Positions 62,821 through 64,000 of a stretch of DNA of 64,000 nt are shown one piece after another; the stretch's first letter is position 1; each line of letters begins with the position of its first letter. The stretch comes from Ostrea edulis (taxonomy: Eukaryota). Location: NCBI RefSeq assembly GCF_947568905.1, contig NC_079170.1, positions 48,236,001 to 48,300,000 on the forward strand, in the 5' to 3' direction. The notes beneath the pieces are model-generated. The model saw only the letters and a list, made by a program, of their open reading frames with translations, was not told where the DNA came from and searched no databases. A program made the position numbers and the translations under genes.

Positions 62821-63610
62821 TGAGTGTAGTTTATTACATAATAATATACAGTATATTGGGTAATTTTAGTGTGCTGGAAATGTTGGGTTTTTTGACAGAT
62901 GAGGAAAATTTGCCAAAAAAGCACCATATATATATATATATATATATATATATGGTGCTTTTTTTACAAATAGAAATTAAGTGCATCAAAATATATACTT
63001 TTAAAGGTAAAATGTACAATGGATATATAATCACTCATATATGATATATATTCACTAAATGATATTGTTTTTAAAAAAAAAGGCATTAAGATTTTAAAAT
63101 CCCCAAAATATTTCTTGCCAAAATTAAACATTTGATATTTCATTACTGAAAATCACTCATATTTTGGAATCCTTCCTTACTGAAAATATCGAGGAGACAA
63201 AGTTTTCAACAGACATTAATTTTAGAATTGTTCATTATTGTGCCCTCTACATTATAACTTAACAATATCCATCTTTATGAGCAGGAATGGTAATTGTGTC
63301 CTCTACATTATACACATGTAACTTCTTACCTTACACTTGCACAATTTAATTTTTGGAGTCCACAGAGACTGGGCCTTCCCATCAGACACTGTGACCTGGA
63401 TAGACATGGAGTTACTGTCCGGAACATTGATCCAGGTCAGTCTTTTAGTTGCATTATCCACACTAAGTCCAGAAGGAGCATCATTATTCAAAAAGAAAGA
63501 GATGGTGTCCCCTGAATTTTGATCCTCAGCCACTAGCTGTAGTGAGAAATTACCACCAACCGATACCTGGATTGTAACATTGCCATTCTTTATCTCTGGT
63601 GGATAGTTGG
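38779..63610 (-). CDS. Large type-I membrane protein with Ig/cadherin-like module, ~20 EGF/cbEGF, TSP1, TM and acidic tail (MUC4/VWDE/fibrillin-like mucin); 5' part outside window
   Basis: Exons in transcript order: 63610-63330, 61778-61535, 60074-59949, 59411-59283, 59178-59056, 57298-57176, 55987-55850, 55112-54984, 54702-54574, 53052-52924, 52641-52516, 51115-50984, 49511-49392, 47989-47852, 46953-46831, 46511-46392, 46221-46084, 45735-45616, 44564-44436, 44139-44017, 43877-43704, 43342-43281, 42962-42847, 42603-42370, 40013-39860, 39635-39499, 39202-38779 (TAG). All are GT-AG with matching phases, giving ~1370 aa in the window. Confidence 0.92.
39499..39635 (-). CDS. Transmembrane-helix exon
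   Basis: GATTPGVTVSGEGPEG-WVAALAVIFTLVGVVIILLLLFIFL-SRSG, a 25-residue hydrophobic stretch followed by Ser-Arg. Confidence 0.9.
40332..41198 (-). mobile_element. HINE-type element (second family) with internal tandem units
   Basis: One end is AACAAAAGATGTTTGTAAAACACATATGCCCCC and the other is the stem-loop GCCCC(T)CTTCTTTGAAGGGGGGC. Repeated ...CAAAATCAATAGG...CCAAGTTTGATGTCTGTC... units lie between. Confidence 0.8.
41722..41870. repeat. 149-bp near-perfect fold-back (70-bp arms)
   Basis: Arms 41722-41791 and 41801-41870 have 2 mismatches, with a 9-nt loop. Confidence 0.92.
43704..43877 (-). CDS. Thrombospondin type-1 repeat exon
   Basis: DRNGGLSNWSSWGNCTKECDSGTQTRSRTCTNPTKQGFGADCTGARSQTQNCNTQLCP shows the WxxW, C...C and RxRxC pattern. 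Confidence 0.93.
44017..60074 (-). CDS. Array of 18 single-exon phase 1-1 EGF modules (15 with calcium-binding consensus)
   Basis: Each 120-138 nt exon encodes a six-Cys EGF module, e.g. DKDECVVNKPPPCSQNCTNIANGYTCSCISGYILGGDARTCQ and DIDECKTSPCYATNSNCTNTQGGYNCSCTNGYILGPNNVCK. Confidence 0.93.
44624..45206 (-). mobile_element. HINE-type element (third family) carrying ~165-bp satellite
   Basis: Ends AACAAGAGG...CTCACCTGAGT and AAAAGCTCACTTGAGCCTTTGGCTCAGATGAGCTAAAA. Its internal unit has GGAAGCTTT (HindIII site). Confidence 0.8.
48100..48310 (-). mobile_element. SINE copy with (AATC)n tail
   Basis: Same core as 4515-4718. TGATTGATTGATTGATT on the plus strand is the tail. Confidence 0.75.
48321..49156 (-). 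mobile_element. HINE-type element (fourth family) with ~150-bp internal repeats
   Basis: AACAAG end. Repeated GAGGTCAAGGTCATATAGAGGTCATGAAGGTAC...ATGGTGATACAC...GTCAAAGAACAAAGAAGTTATGGCCCGGACAC units. GACAGACAGA microsatellite near the other end. Confidence 0.7.
49206..49243. repeat. Poly-G tract (~38 nt)
   Basis: Directly visible. Other G/C runs occur near 4115-4138, 14876-14905 and 26772-26793. Confidence 0.9.
49824..50344. mobile_element. Kolobok-like MITE (TTAA target)
   Basis: TTAA|AGGGACTGGTTCACGATTTT ... AAAATCGTGAATCAGTCCCT|TTCA, with 19/20 TIR identity and the right TSD mutated. Confidence 0.78.
50563..50776. mobile_element. TA-flanked MITE
   Basis: TACTGTAAATGTATTA / TAATACGTTTACAGTA (15/16 inverted match). 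Confidence 0.8.
51214..51813 (-). mobile_element. HINE-type element, same family as 44624
   Basis: Same termini and ~165-bp AAGCTT-containing internal units. Confidence 0.82.
53160..53455. mobile_element. TA-flanked MITE, copy 1
   Basis: TACTGTATACAGG ... CCTGTGTACAGTA, with internal tandem GTAGGAAGGCGAAAATAA(A/C)CCAGGGCAAAAATAACCCTGT units. Confidence 0.8.
57398..58766. mobile_element. 1.37-kb TA-flanked pogo/Tigger-like non-autonomous element
   Basis: TACAGTCAAA ... TTTGACTGTA, with a subterminal GACAGGTGGTC..TTAATACAGGT motif near both ends. A remnant of the same family lies near 27195-27295. Confidence 0.65.
58787..58905. repeat. 29-bp tandem repeat x4
   Basis: AAAAATCACAAATAATGTCAC(T/C)GATTCA(C/G), with ATCACAA at 58791, 58820, 58849 and 58878. 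Confidence 0.9.
59445..59498. repeat. (GA)n microsatellite
   Basis: Directly visible. It reads (TC)n on the transcribed minus strand ~30 nt upstream of an acceptor. Confidence 0.95.
60883..61084. mobile_element. TA-flanked MITE, copy 2 of the 53160 family
   Basis: Perfect TACTGTATACAGGG / CCCTGTATACAGTA ends. Confidence 0.85.
61535..63610 (-). CDS. Ig/cadherin-like module followed by two EGF-like modules
   Basis: NYPPEIKNGNVTIQVSVGGNFSLQLVAEDQ...SIQVTVSDGKAQSLWTPKIKLCKCK splices in phase 0 to NGGTCGF...CTCVTGYDGNFCENDQDGCAANPCWPGVDCTD...GFVCGSCPAHLDGNGITCS. This ...CxCxNGGxC junction is typical of invertebrate MUC4/VWDE-like proteins (inference). Confidence 0.85.
61872..62820 (-). mobile_element. 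HINE-type element, same family as 44624/51214, ~4 internal ~160-166-bp units
   Basis: AAACTTGAATCT.CA.TATGTCAG.AAG motif near 61994, 62151, 62317 and 62480. Terminal stem-loop AGCTCACTTGAGCC-TTC-GGCTCAGGTGAGCT. Confidence 0.85.
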
Positions 63611-64000
63611 CTACAAAGAAATAAAGGTGACTTGAAAACCAAACAAAATTACATACACATGAAATGTGGATGGAAAAAAATCTTTATATTAAGAGCACAA
63701 GTTAAAGAGTGACCAAAGACCAATTCCAAGTGTAAAATTACATAGAACAATTATTATACGGATTAACGTAGACAAAGTAGACAAAAGAAGGTCATGTGTG
63801 ACTAAGTTTGTGGTTTACATGACATGGATATTATAGAGGAATATTACAGCGTCATAATAGCCAACCTCCTTTGGAAATGTGACTGAAAATATAAATACCA
63901 GCATGCGTACATTTGTTTTCAATCTTAATTGCCTCGCTGGGTAGCTAAGCAGGTTTATGTGTCGTTACTGTAGATTTTAAATCTAAATTGCCTCGCTGGG

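Noticed and set aside
63921-64000. 60-bp-period repeat at the window edge (AATCT[TA]AATTGCCTCGCTGGG)
   Set aside because: Truncated by the window end, so it cannot be characterised.

Overview
AT-rich, intron-rich animal genomic DNA, most likely a bivalve (probably an oyster, inferred from the repeat families). I could assemble two convergent spliced genes by hand, with GT-AG sites and phases consistent at every junction. (1) Plus strand, 10661-33526: a complete DMTF1/DMP1 (cyclin D-binding Myb-like transcription factor) orthologue with 16 coding exons, about 728 aa. (2) Minus strand, 63610 down to 38779, 5' end outside the window: 27 exons of a large type-I membrane protein. Its order is Ig/cadherin-like module, about 20 EGF modules, TSP1, a Cys-containing juxtamembrane region with an RKKR furin-type site, an S/T stalk, a TM helix and a very acidic cytoplasmic tail. 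The rest is transposon-derived: LINE, Penelope-like and SINE fragments, many MITEs with readable TIRs and TSDs, Helentron-type non-autonomous elements carrying internal satellites, a TTAA-flanked Kolobok-like element, and a 3.8-kb 29-bp minisatellite. The most notable observations are five short tandem duplications at DMTF1 exon boundaries (some create duplicate splice donors), a six-exon periodicity in the EGF array, a transposon sitting beside a copy of its own empty target site, and two long fold-back palindromes. I found no prokaryotic-type system, CRISPR array, rRNA or tRNA gene. All family assignments come from motif recognition, not database searches.
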